A stretch of DNA of 64,000 nucleotides from an uncultured Actinomycetes bacterium (GTDB lineage: Bacteria; Actinomycetota; Thermoleophilia; UBA2241). The notes below the pieces were generated by a model, which searched no databases, was not told the origin of the DNA, and saw nothing but the letters and a program-made list of their open reading frames with translations. The stretch lies in the NCBI GenBank assembly GCA_963725665.1, contig CAVRZA010000006.1, positions 1 to 64,000 of the forward strand, in the 5' to 3' direction. The translations under genes were made by a program, and so were the position numbers. Positions 33,130-43,820 of the stretch are shown here, piece after piece. Position 1 is the first letter of the stretch. Each line of letters begins with the position of its first letter.

Positions 33130-34416
33130 ATGAAGAAGATCATCGTGCTGGGCGGCGGCTTCGCCGGCGTCTCCGCCGCCCAGCGCCTCGCCAAGGACAA
33201 GAGCGCCGAGGTCCTGCTGATCAGCAGGACCAACTTCCTGACGTACACGCCTTTTCTGGCCGACGTAGCCGGCGGGACGCTGGCTGTCGTTCACGCCGTT
33301 CCCCCCATACGGATGATGGCCCCGCGCGCACGCGTCGAGGTGGCCGAGGTCGAGACGATCGACGTGGGCGGCCAGTCGGTGGGCGTCAGACTGCCCGACG
33401 GTACGAACCGCGGGCGGTCGTTCGACTACCTGATCGTCGCGCTGGGCGCGCATACGGACTTCCGGCACGGCGCGGGCTCAGAGCGTTTCGGGTTCCCGCT
33501 CTACACCATGGGCGACGCCTTCCTGCTCCGCAACCACGTGCTGGAGATGCTGGAGCTGGCCGAAGCCTCCCACAACGCCGACAAGCGCCGTGAGCTTCTG
33601 ACCTTCGTCTTCTGCGGCGGCGGCTTCTCGGGCGTCGAAGGCGCCGCCGCCATCGAGGACCTCGTCCACGGGGCGATCCCATACTTCAAGACCATCCGGC
33701 CGGAGGAGACGACGTTCATCCTGGCGCCTCACGGAGACCGCCTCCTCGCTCAGATCGATGAGAAGCTCGGGCAATACGTCGTCAAGCGGCTGGCCAAACG
33801 CACCGTCGACGTGCGACTGGGAGTAGGGGTGACGGAGGTGACCGAGAGGAGCGCGACGTTGAGCACCGGCGAAGTGGTGCCGACGCGCACCGTCTTGTGG
33901 GCCGCGGGCATCGAGGTGAGCCCACTGCTCCACAGCGTCGACCTGCCCAAGGACGAGCACGGCGCCGTCCGGGTGGGCGGCAACTTGCAGGTGACCGGTC
34001 ACGAGAACGTCTTCGCCCTCGGCGACTGCGCGGCCGTCCCCACGCCCGACGGCAAGGGCTTCTACGCGCCGACCGCCCAGAACGCCATCCGCCAGGGCAA
34101 GGTCGCAGGGGAGAACCTGCTGGCGCTGCTCCGCGGCGACCAGCCCGACCGCGTCTTCGACTACAGGCCGATCGGCAGCCTCGCCAGTCTCGGGCGCCGC
34201 CAAGCGGTGGCGCAGATCAAAGGCCTGAGGCTCTCGGGCTTCCTGGCGTGGCTGCTCTGGCGGGGGATCTACCTGGGTAAGCTGCCGCGCTTCTCGCGCA
34301 AGTTCCAGGTGGCCGTCGACTGGATTGGCGACCTTTTCAGCCCTGTGGAGACCACCTACTTCCCGCTGGGGCCGCGTGAGACTCCGGCCGGCGAGATGAG
34401 CCCACCGAGACGCTAA
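33130..34416 (+). CDS. ndh: Type II NADH dehydrogenase family FAD oxidoreductase
   Basis: GGGFAG, GGGFSGVE, FALGDCA, APTAQNAIRQG, GFLAWLLW. Confidence 0.85.
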   Translation: MKKIIVLGGGFAGVSAAQRLAKDKSAEVLLISRTNFLTYTPFLADVAGGTLAVVHAVPPIRMMAPRARVEVAEVETIDVGGQSVGVRLPDGTNRGRSFDYLIVALGAHTDFRHGAGSERFGFPLYTMGDAFLLRNHVLEMLELAEASHNADKRRELLTFVFCGGGFSGVEGAAAIEDLVHGAIPYFKTIRPEETTFILAPHGDRLLAQIDEKLGQYVVKRLAKRTVDVRLGVGVTEVTERSATLSTGEVVPTRTVLWAAGIEVSPLLHSVDLPKDEHGAVRVGGNLQVTGHENVFALGDCAAVPTPDGKGFYAPTAQNAIRQGKVAGENLLALLRGDQPDRVFDYRPIGSLASLGRRQAVAQIKGLRLSGFLAWLLWRGIYLGKLPRFSRKFQVAVDWIGDLFSPVETTYFPLGPRETPAGEMSPPRR

Positions 34417-34492
34417 GTCGCCCAGCAAACGCCGCCCCGCGCCGTCTTCGTCTACACTGATTCGACACGCCCGGTTCCGAGGAGACAGACGC

Positions 34493-35755
34493 ATGGAAGA
34501 AGAGCAGCGCCCGCCGGTTTCGACCCCGCCGCCGGATCCCCGGCCGGACGTCCCGCCCGCGTTCCACCTGCTGGCCAAGCCCACCGGCTCGGTGTGCAAC
34601 CTCGACTGCGCCTACTGCTTCTTCCTCGAGAAGGAGAAGCTCTACCCGGAAAGCCGCTTCCGCATGAGCGATGAGCTGCTCGAGCGCTACATCCGGCAGC
34701 TCATCGCGGCGCATCGCACGCCCGAGGTGACCATCGCCTGGCAGGGCGGCGAGCCCACGCTCATGGGCTTGGAGTTCTTCCGCCGCTCGGTCGAGCTGGC
34801 CAAGAAGTACGCCAGGCCGGGCATGGCCGTGAGCCACACGATCCAGACCAACGGCACGCGCCTCAACGGCGACTGGGCGCGCTTCTTCAAGGAGAACGGC
34901 TACCTCGTGGGCCTGAGCATCGACGGGCCGCGCGAGCTGCACGACGCCTACCGCCGCGACAAGGGCGGCCGGCCGACCTTCGACCGCGTCATGCGCGGCC
35001 TCGGGCATCTGCGCGAGCGCGGCGTGGACTGGAACGCGTTGACCACGGTCCACGCCGCCAACGCCGAGCACCCCGTCGAGGTCTACCGCTTCCTGCGCGA
35101 CGAGTGCGGGGCGCAGTTCATCCAGTTCATCCCCATCGTCGAGCGACCGACCGAGGACGGCGTGCCCTACGGCGACGCCGTCACCGAGCGCTCCGTTACT
35201 GCCAATCAGTGGGGCACCTTCCTCATCGGGGTCTTCGAGGAGTGGGTGCGACGCGACGTGGGCGAGGTCTACGTGCAGATGTTCGACGTGGCGCTGGCGA
35301 ACTGGTACGGCGAGCCGGCAGGACTCTGCGTGCACTCGCCGACCTGCGGCACCGCCCTCGCCATGGAGCACAACGGCGACGTGTACGCCTGCGACCACTT
35401 CGTGGAGCCCGGCTACCTGCTGGGGAACATGGGCGAGCGGGAGCTGGGCGAGCTTGTCGCGTCGCCGCAGCAGCGCTGCTTCGGCCTCGACAAGCTCGCC
35501 CAGCTCCCCCAGTTCTGCCTCGACTGCGACGTGCGCTTCGCCTGTCACGGCGGCTGTCCGAAGGACCGCTTCATCTCGACGCCCGACGGCGACCCTCGGC
35601 TGAACTACCTCTGCGCCGGCTTCAAGGCCTTCTTCCATCACGTCGACCCCGCGATGCGGCGCATGTGCGAGCTTCTTCGGGCCGACCGGGCGCCGTCGGA
35701 CATCATGGCGCAGTATGTCGGCGCGGACGGCGACGACCAGGGGACGACCTCATGA
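34493..35755 (+). CDS. Anaerobic sulfatase-maturating enzyme (radical SAM/SPASM)
   Basis: AKPTGSVCNLDCAYC, WQGGEPTL, GDVYACDH, CLDC...CHGGCPKDR. Confidence 0.93.
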   Translation: MEEEQRPPVSTPPPDPRPDVPPAFHLLAKPTGSVCNLDCAYCFFLEKEKLYPESRFRMSDELLERYIRQLIAAHRTPEVTIAWQGGEPTLMGLEFFRRSVELAKKYARPGMAVSHTIQTNGTRLNGDWARFFKENGYLVGLSIDGPRELHDAYRRDKGGRPTFDRVMRGLGHLRERGVDWNALTTVHAANAEHPVEVYRFLRDECGAQFIQFIPIVERPTEDGVPYGDAVTERSVTANQWGTFLIGVFEEWVRRDVGEVYVQMFDVALANWYGEPAGLCVHSPTCGTALAMEHNGDVYACDHFVEPGYLLGNMGERELGELVASPQQRCFGLDKLAQLPQFCLDCDVRFACHGGCPKDRFISTPDGDPRLNYLCAGFKAFFHHVDPAMRRMCELLRADRAPSDIMAQYVGADGDDQGTTS

Positions 35756-36213
35756 CGAGCGAGGACAGGCCCGCGGCACCGGACGCGCCGAGCGAACCGG
35801 CGCGCGAGAGTCGACAAGACGCGCACGTGGACGTGTCGGGCGCGGATCCACGCCGCGATGAGGCGGAACTCCGCCGCGACAGCGCGCCGCGCCGCACTCT
35901 CCTGGCCGCGGAACGGACCTACCTTGCCTGGCTCAGGACAGGGCTGGGAGCGATCGCCGTCTCAGTCGCGGTCGGCCGCGTCGCCCCCGCGCTGCTCGGC
36001 GGCCCGCATCTTGCCTACGCTCTGCTCGGCTCCGGCTACGGCGTGCTGGGCATCTTCTTCATCGTCTACGCGCTCGTCCGGGCGAGGCGACTCGACGCCG
36101 CCCTGGCCGCCGACACCTCGGTGACCCTGGACTGGTGGGCCCTCGTGATCACCACGGTCATCGGTCTCACCTTGGCCGTAGCCACGATCGTGATGGTCCT
36201 CGCCGAAGTCTGA
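35752..36213 (+). CDS. DUF202/YidH-family membrane protein
   Basis: LLAAERTYLAWLRTGL; start overlaps the maturase stop (ATGA). Confidence 0.88.
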   Translation: MTSEDRPAAPDAPSEPARESRQDAHVDVSGADPRRDEAELRRDSAPRRTLLAAERTYLAWLRTGLGAIAVSVAVGRVAPALLGGPHLAYALLGSGYGVLGIFFIVYALVRARRLDAALAADTSVTLDWWALVITTVIGLTLAVATIVMVLAEV

Positions 36214-36220
36214 GAGGATC

Positions 36221-36682
36221 CTAGGAGCGCTTGTTCAGCGCGGCCTCGATCCGTTCGAGGCGTTCTTCGATCTTCAGCAGCTGCTCCGCGGGCGAGGCGT
36301 CGCTTCCGTTCGGCGGCTGTTCTCGGCTTGACCGCGCCACGAACGAGCTGGTGATCGACGCGGTGATCACCGTGACGAACCCGATCCCGAGCAGCATCAC
36401 GAGAGCTGCCACGATCTGGCCCGCGGCGGTCGTCGGGACGTGATCGCCGTAGCCGACTGTCGTGATTGTCTGGACGGCCCACCAGAGCCCAGTGCCGAGC
36501 GACGGAAAGCCTTTTCGGTCGAGGATCGTCATCGCCAGGCCGGCGACAATGGTTATCGAGGTCGTGATACTGGCGATGACGATCGCGGCCCCTCGAGGCG
36601 TCGCGGCGCGGACGATCCATCGGTCGAGCAGACGCTCGCTCCTAGTCTCGACTTCCATGACAGTAGAATTCGCTATAGCCAC
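36221..36682 (-). CDS. KcsA-like 2-TM potassium channel
   Basis: LWWAVQTITTVGYGDHVP. Confidence 0.9.
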   Translation of the reverse strand: MAIANSTVMEVETRSERLLDRWIVRAATPRGAAIVIASITTSITIVAGLAMTILDRKGFPSLGTGLWWAVQTITTVGYGDHVPTTAAGQIVAALVMLLGIGFVTVITASITSSFVARSSREQPPNGSDASPAEQLLKIEERLERIEAALNKRS

Positions 36683-36850
36683 GGTCGGCCCTCCCGCGCA
36701 CCGGCTGCTCTCGCCGTTGACCTCCTATATCATGCGGAAGCTGTTTCGTCGGCTCGCCAGGCTCATCTCGCGCGGGCAACCTGCGGCCTCAACGGGTCGA
36801 GGCCCCGTGCCCAGACGGAGCAACTCGCAAGAGCGAAGGAGTGATGGGGT

Positions 36851-39209
36851 ATGCGTGAACCGTTCAAGGGTGTCATCAACGTCGACATCCGCGACTCGAA
36901 ACCGGACTGGGCGCCGTTCGAGCCGCCGAAGGCGCCCGACGGCGCCCCCAACGTCGTCTACATCGTGCTCGACGACGTCGGCTTCTCGGCGATGTCCTGC
37001 TACGGCGGCCCGATCCCGACGCCCAACATCGACAAGATCGCGGCCGACGGCGTGCGCTACACGCAGTGGCACACCACGGCACTCTGCTCGCCGACTCGCT
37101 CGTGTCTGCTCACTGGTCGCAACCACACGCGCAACTCGATGGCCTGCATCACCGAGGCGGCGATCGGCTTCCCGAACGCCAGCGGGACCATCCCTCCCGA
37201 GAACGGCATGCTCTCCGAGATCCTCGGTGAGCTGGGCTGGAACACCTACATGGTCGGCAAGTGGCACCTCTGCCCGACCGACGAGATGAACCTGGCCGCG
37301 CCGCGCCGCAACTGGCCGTCCGGGCGCGGCTTTGAGCGCTGGTACGGTTTCCTCGGCGCCGAGACCAACCAGTGGTATCCCGAGCTCGTGTACGACAACC
37401 ACCCGGTGGACCCGCCCAAGACGCCGGAAGAGGGCTACCACCTCACCGACGACATCACCGACAAGGCGCTCGAGTTCATCAAGGACGCCAAGGCGATCGC
37501 GCCGGACAAGCCGTTCTTCCTCTACTACGCTCCCGGCGCCTGCCACGCGCCGCACCACGCGCCCAAGGAGTGGATCGACAAGTTCAAGGGCCAGTTCGAC
37601 ATGGGCTACGAGGCGATGCGCGAGCAGACGCTTGGCACGCCAGAAGAAGATGGGCCTCGTCCCGCCCGACACGGAACTGCCGCCGATCAACCCCATCGGC
37701 ACGCCCGAGACCCGCACCGGCCCCGACGGCAAGCCGTTCCCGGTGATGGACGTGACCAAGCCGTGGGACTCGCTCTCCGACGGCGAGAAGGAGCTCTTCT
37801 CCCGTATGGCTGAGGTCTACGCGGGCTTCCTCGCCCACGCCGACTACCACATCGGCCGGCTGCTCGACTACCTCGAGTTCGCCGGCCAGCGCGAGAACAC
37901 TCTGGTCATGCTCGTGTCGGACAACGGCGCCAGCGGCGAGGGCGGCCCCAACGGGTCGGTCAACGAGAGCCGGCTCTTCAACGGCATGCCCGACGACCTC
38001 GACTCAGCCCTCGCCATGCTCGACGAGCTCGGCGGTCCCAAGACCTACAACCACTACGCGAACGGCTGGGCGATGGCCTTCAACACGCCGTTCAAGATGT
38101 GGAAGCGCTACGAGTTCAACGGCGGCACCGCCGACCCGTGCATCGTCTCGTGGCCGGCCGGCATGAAGGCGAAGGGCGAGATCAGAGAGCAGTATCACCA
38201 CGCGATCGACCTCGTCCCGACGGTCCTCGACTGCCTCGGCGTCGAAGCCCCCAAGACCATCAAGGGCCACGTGCAGAGCGACTTCGACGGTGTGAGCATG
38301 CGCTACAGCCTCGACGACGCCAAGGCCGACGGGGCGCGCAAGACCCAGTTCTACTCGATGCTCGGTTCGAGGGGCATCTGGCACGAGGGCTGGAAGGCCG
38401 TCACGACCCACCCCACGGTCGCCGGGTGGAGCGATTTCAACGACGACACCTGGGAGCTCTATCACACCGAGGTCGACCGCTCAGAGCTCCACGATCTGTC
38501 CAAGGAGGACTGGGGCAAGCTCAGGGAGCTCCAGAGCCTGTGGTTCGCGGAGGCCGGCAGGAACGGCGCCTTCCCCCTCGATGACCGCTCTCCGCTCGAG
38601 ATCATCCTGACGCCGCGGCCTCTGCTCGCGCCGCCGCGCGACCGCTACGTGTACTTCCCCGACACCGCCGACGTCCCGGAGCAACAGGCCGTCAACGTCC
38701 GCAACCGCTCGTACTCGATCGGAGCACTGGTCGACATTCCCGCCCCCGGCGCCGAAGGGGTCCTCTTCGCCCACGGGGCACGCTTCGGCGGCCATGCCCT
38801 CTACGTCAAGGACAACCGCCTGCACTACGTGAACAGCTTCGTCGGCATCGTCGAGCAGAAGATCGACGCGACCGAGGACCTGCCGACCGGTGAAGACCTG
38901 ATCCTCTCGGCCTCCTTCGAGAAGGACGGCGAGGACCCGCCCGGGGTGGCCACCGGTATCCTGTCCCTCTATCACGGCGACAAGCAAGTCGGCGAGGGCC
39001 GGATCAAGACCCAGCCAGGCTTCTTCTCGCTTGCCGGCGAGGGTCTGTGCGTCGGACGCGACAGCGGCGAGGCCGTCACCGACGACTATCCGGGCGAGTC
39101 GCCGCACCGCTTCACGGGTGGCACGATCAAGCGTGTCGCCGTGGACGTCAGTGGCGAGCCCTACCTCGACCTGGAGCGCCACGCCCAGGCGATGCTGGCG
39201 CGGGAGTGA
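36851..39209 (+). CDS. Arylsulfatase (frameshift ~37630)
   Basis: PNVVYIVLDDVGF, CSPTRSCLLTGR, GKWH, SDNG; no signal peptide. Confidence 0.92.
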
Positions 39210-39255
39210 TCCACCGACGTCAGGCTGACGACACTACCTTGACGCATTGAGAACC

Positions 39256-39289
39256 GGGGCGGGGGCCGGCATTCGCCGGCCCCCGCCCC
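39256..39289. terminator. Hairpin between convergent genes
   Basis: GGGGCGGGGGCCGGC-ATTC-GCCGGCCCCCGCCCC followed by CTTT. Confidence 0.7.
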
Positions 39290-39341
39290 CTTTGCATACA
39301 CACCACACGATGCGCGGTCCAGCGGGCACAGCCGGCCGCGA

Positions 39342-40625
39342 TCAGGCCAGGTGGGGATCGTCCGCTGCCGGCTGCCGGCGGAAGCGCGGCGCGACCGTAG
39401 GCACGGCCTCCTCGGCCTCCGGGCGCACCGCCGTGTGGGCCTCGTACCAGCGGCGGTAGGAGGCGATGAGCGGGACCGACGAGAGGCCGTGCGCAAGCAC
39501 GCTGAGCGCCACCGTGCACGCGACGACCCGCGCGAGCAGTTGCGCGTGGGGCACGTCTGCCTCCAGAGCCAGTAGGCCGAAGACGATCGAGGCCAGCCCG
39601 CGCGGTCCGAACCAGCCCATGAACCAGACGGTCGGCCCGCGCGCCCCGCTCCTCAGCATGGCGAGAGCGACCGGGCCGATGCGCACGACGGTCAGGCTGA
39701 GCACGGCGTAGAGTACGATCTGCCAGGTGAGGTGCGGGATGGCCCTCTCCAGGGCGAGCGCGCCGAAGCCTATCCACACGACCGCCGTGAGCAGTCCGCC
39801 GGTCTCCTCCGTGAAGAGGGTGAAGCGCAGACCACGCGCCCCTGCGGCGCGGCCGAAGGTCATACCGCCGACGAAGGCGCCGATGAAGCCGCTGCCGCCG
39901 AGCCACACGGCCAGGGAGTAGGCGAGGGCCGCCGTGGCCAGGGTCATGATCTGACGCCAATGCGCCTCGATCCAGCCGTGCCGGTCGGCCCAACGCACCA
40001 GCAGCGCCCCGAGCAGCGCCGCACCGACCCCTGCGAAAATGCCGTATCCGATCTGCTGCGCGGCGTTCCTGACCACCGCGGACACCGCGTTGGTCTTCGC
40101 TTCGGCCAATGTGATATCGACGGCCACGAGGAAGAAGGGCACCGCCAGGCCGTCGTTGAGCCCGCTCTCGACGTTCAGCGCCTGGCGCACGCGCGAGGCC
40201 ACGGCCGGGTCGGTCACGACGCGCTGACCGAGCGCGGCATCGGTCGAGGCGAGCATGATCGAGAGCAAAGCCGCCGTCGCCAGACCGATGCCGGGAAACA
40301 CCAGCAGCGCCGCACCGGCTCCGACCAGCATGGTGAGAGGCAGCCCGGCGAGGAGCAAACGCTCGGGCCACGCCAGCTGGGCGCGCAGCGAGCGCAGGTC
40401 GATGCGCGCGGCGTCGCTGAAGAGCAGGAGGGCCAGGGCGATCTCGGTCAGATGCTCCGCTGTCGCGCCCTCCACGGGCAGGTTCACCAGATCGAGGACC
40501 GAGGGACCCACGAGCAGCCCCGCCAGCATGAAGACCATCGCCGATGTGACGCCGCGCCCATCGAGCGGCTTGGAGACCGCACCGTAGGCGATGAGAATCG
40601 CGGCGATGGTCAGCAGGGCGATCAT
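39342..40625 (-). CDS. Cation:proton antiporter (CPA1/NhaP-like)
   Basis: STDAALG, NVESGLNDGLA, GWFGPRGLAS. Confidence 0.9.
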   Translation of the reverse strand: MIALLTIAAILIAYGAVSKPLDGRGVTSAMVFMLAGLLVGPSVLDLVNLPVEGATAEHLTEIALALLLFSDAARIDLRSLRAQLAWPERLLLAGLPLTMLVGAGAALLVFPGIGLATAALLSIMLASTDAALGQRVVTDPAVASRVRQALNVESGLNDGLAVPFFLVAVDITLAEAKTNAVSAVVRNAAQQIGYGIFAGVGAALLGALLVRWADRHGWIEAHWRQIMTLATAALAYSLAVWLGGSGFIGAFVGGMTFGRAAGARGLRFTLFTEETGGLLTAVVWIGFGALALERAIPHLTWQIVLYAVLSLTVVRIGPVALAMLRSGARGPTVWFMGWFGPRGLASIVFGLLALEADVPHAQLLARVVACTVALSVLAHGLSSVPLIASYRRWYEAHTAVRPEAEEAVPTVAPRFRRQPAADDPHLA

Positions 40626-40732
40626 GCGCCGACTCCGGCGCGAGACGGGATCCGGGCTCGGTCACCCACACCCGCGGCTCCTGCCTCAGCCCTCTCCGTC
40701 CTCATTTGCCATGTGTGGGAGGCTGGGACCCC

Positions 40733-42297
40733 TCACGGGCTCGGCGACGCCGCCGGGCCCTGCGAGACGATGATCGTGACACTGCTCCCAGGCTCCACGA
40801 GCACACCCGACGACGGCGTCTGATCGACCACGGTGCCTGCCGGTGCTGACGCGTCGGGCACTTTCTCCACCACGACGGTGAAGCCGGCGGCCTGCAGGGC
40901 GCTCACCGCCTGCTCCTGTGTCTGGCCCACGACATCAGGTACGGCACTCGCCTGCGGACTCGCGCTCGGAGCCGGCCCCTTCGAGACGGCGAAGGCTATC
41001 TGTGAGCCGGGCAGGAGTTGCGTCCCCGCCGCGGGCGCCTGGTCGATGACCTGCCCGACCGCCGCACTGGCGTCGTAGGCGGCAGCGATGGCGCCCGTGG
41101 CGAACCCGGCATCCGTGATCGCCGCGGTCGCTTGCTCCTGGCTCAGGCCCAACAGGTTGGGCGCGGCCTTGGTGGCGACGCCAGCAGCTACGACGTCGAT
41201 CGATGAACCCTTGTCCACGGAGGCGCCGGCCGCGGGTGTCTGCGAGAGGACCGCGCCCTGGGCTGCTCCCGGGGACGACTTGTACGTCACCGTGCCCAGC
41301 TTGAGCCCGACGTCCGTGAGCGCCGTGCTCGCCTCGTTGACCGTCATCCCGGCAACGTCGGGGACGGTGACCGACTGGCTGAAGACGCCGCTGGTCCAGA
41401 GGAACGCGATGATCGCGATCGCCGCCACCAGGGCGAGGATGATCCAAGGCAGCAGGGGCCTCCTATTCTCCGCCGCGACGCTGACGGGGGCGGCCCCCAC
41501 CGACCCTCCCTCTAGGGCGTGTTCGAGGGCCTCGAAGAGCTCGACTCCGGTCGCGTACCTGTCCTCGGGCGCCTTCGAGAGGCAGCGCAGGATCACGTTC
41601 TCCAGGGACTTCGAGACGACCGGATTCACCAGGCGCGGACGGGTCACGGGCGCGTCGACATGCGCCTGGGCCACGCTGAAAGCGTTCCTGCCTTCGAAGG
41701 GCAAGCGGCCGGTGGCAAGCTGGTACAGGACGACGCCCAACGAGTAGACATCCGAGCCGGGGACCGAGGGTCGCGCCATCACCTCCTCGGGGCTGACGTA
41801 CCAGGCCGCGCGCGCCGGCGCCTCCTGGCTCAAGTCGGGAGGCGCCTGCGCGCGCGCCAGCCCGGTGTCGATGAGCTTGAGGCCGCCGGAAGGGGTGACC
41901 ACGATCGTCGACGGCTTGACGCCGCCGTGCACCACACCATGACGATGCAGCGCCGCCAGCGCCGAGGCGACCTGGGCTCCGTAGGCCTCGACGGTCGCCG
42001 CCGGCAAGGGAGCGCTCTTCGACACGCTCTGCCCCAGGTCGACCCCGCTCGACGAGCTCGGTGGCGACGTAGGCGAGCTCGCCACGCCTCCCCGAGTCCA
42101 CGACGCTCTCCAGATGCGGGTCGTCGATGCGGGCGACCACCGCCATCTCGTCGAGGAACCTCCCGATGTCGCGCGGCGCGATCTCCTTGAGAGCGACCTC
42201 GGCGCCCGCGCTGGTGACGGCCCGCTCCGCCTTCAGGGCGTCACCGGGCGGCAGCTCGCCTACAGTATCGATAGCTCGACTGGAAGCCGTTGGTCAT
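40733..42297 (-). CDS. Ser/Thr kinase-fold protein with TM helix and 3 PASTA domains; catalytic motifs degenerate (frameshifts near N-terminus)
   Basis: VALK, HGGVKPSTI, LIDTG, YVSPE, SDVYSLG; VPDVAG, APNLLG and VPDVVG PASTA repeats. Confidence 0.85.
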
Positions 42298-42392
42298 AGC
42301 CGTCCCCCCGATTAGAGTCAGGTGAGCGGCCGTCCGGGCCGCCTGGCGTACGTTACCACGCGGTCACGATCCCGCGACAGCGGACCAGACTG

Positions 42393-43714
42393 CTAGTGCG
42401 CGCTGGGCTCCGTGTACTTCTCGCAGGCGCCGGTACGCCGTAAGCCCGTGGCCGAACATCTGCTCGGCGTCGGCGAGCCGCCCGGCGTGCGGAGCGATGT
42501 CGAGGGCGCCGTCGCGTGTGCAGCGCTGGTAGGTGACGGTCTTGAGGAACTTGCCGACCCAGAGGCCACCGGTGTAGCGCGCAGCCTTCTCGGTCGGCAG
42601 GGTGTGGTTCGTGCCTATGGCCTTGTCGGAGAAGGCGATGGTCGCCTCCTCGCCGACGCACAGCGTGCCGTAGTTGCGCAGCCGGTCGAGCGTACCACTC
42701 CGGGTCGGCGGTCTGCACCTCGAGGTGCTCGGGCGCGTACTCGTCGGCGACCGCGACGGCTTCGTCGCGGTCGCCGACGACCACGACCTCGCCGCAGTCG
42801 CGCCAGGAGATCTCCGCGACCTCGCGTGTCGGCAGCTCCTCGAGCTGGCGACCGACCTCGGCGAGCACGGCCTCTGCCATGCCGCGCGAGAGGCTCACGA
42901 GCCACGCCGGCGACGTCGGGCCGTGCTCCGCCTGGCCCAGCAGGTCGGCCGCCACGATGACCGGGTCGGAGGCCTCGTCGACGATGATGAGGATCTCCGT
43001 GGGGCCGGCGAGCAGGTCGATGCCCACATCGCCGAAGAGCTGCCGCTTGGCCTCGGCCACGTACATGTTGCCGGGCCCCGAGATGAACTCGACCGGCGCG
43101 TAGCGTTCGGCGCTTTCCCCGTCGCCCGCGGCTCCTCGACCCTCGGCACCGTACGCCATGAGCGCGAGCGCCTGCACGCCGCCGACGCACCAGATCTCGT
43201 CGGCGCCGGCAAGCGCCATCGACCACAGCATCTCCGGGTAGATCCCCTGCTTCTTGTACGGTGGCGCGCAGGCGACGACGCGATCGACGCCGGCCACCTT
43301 GGCCGTGAGGATGCTCATCTGGGCCGACATGAGCATGGGGTACTTGCCGCCGGGGATGTAGGCGCCGGCGTTGGCGACGGGAATCTGCTTCTGCCCGAGG
43401 AAGACCCCGGGACGCGTCTCGACCTCGAAGTCGGTCATGCTCTCGCGCTGCAATCGGGCGAAACGCTCGATCTGCGCGTGCGCGAAGTCGAGCGACGCCA
43501 GCACGTCGGGCGCGATGCCGGCCTTCGCCCGCTCGATCTCATCCGCGGGCACCTTGAACGAGGGCGGATCCCAGCCATCGAAGCGACGCGAGTACTCGCG
43601 CACAGCCTCGAGGCCTCGCGCGCGCACGTCGGCGAGGATCGCCGACACCGTCTCGCGCACCGCGGCGACGTCGGCGGGGGGCTTCGGGGGCGCCTTCTTC
43701 AGGTACTCGCGCAT
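42393..43714 (-). CDS. Histidinol dehydrogenase paralogue (HpsN-like subfamily; frameshifts near 3' end)
   Basis: YIPGGKYP, GPGNMYVAEAKR, AGPTE, GQAEHG, APEHLE, DKAIGTNHTLPT, YTGGLWVGKF; not in a his operon. Confidence 0.85.
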
Positions 43715-43820
43715 GTCGACTATCGTCCTTTCTTCCGCTAGCCGAAGTCCCTGTGCGTCGGTGCGCCGGGACGCGTTTCAGGCGCGTCCCGGCGCACCAG
43801 GATCTTCGCGAGCATCGACC

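Noticed and set aside
42393-43714. Calling this gene biosynthetic hisD
   Set aside because: Catabolic context, no other his genes and paralogue-type motifs, so the symbol was withheld.
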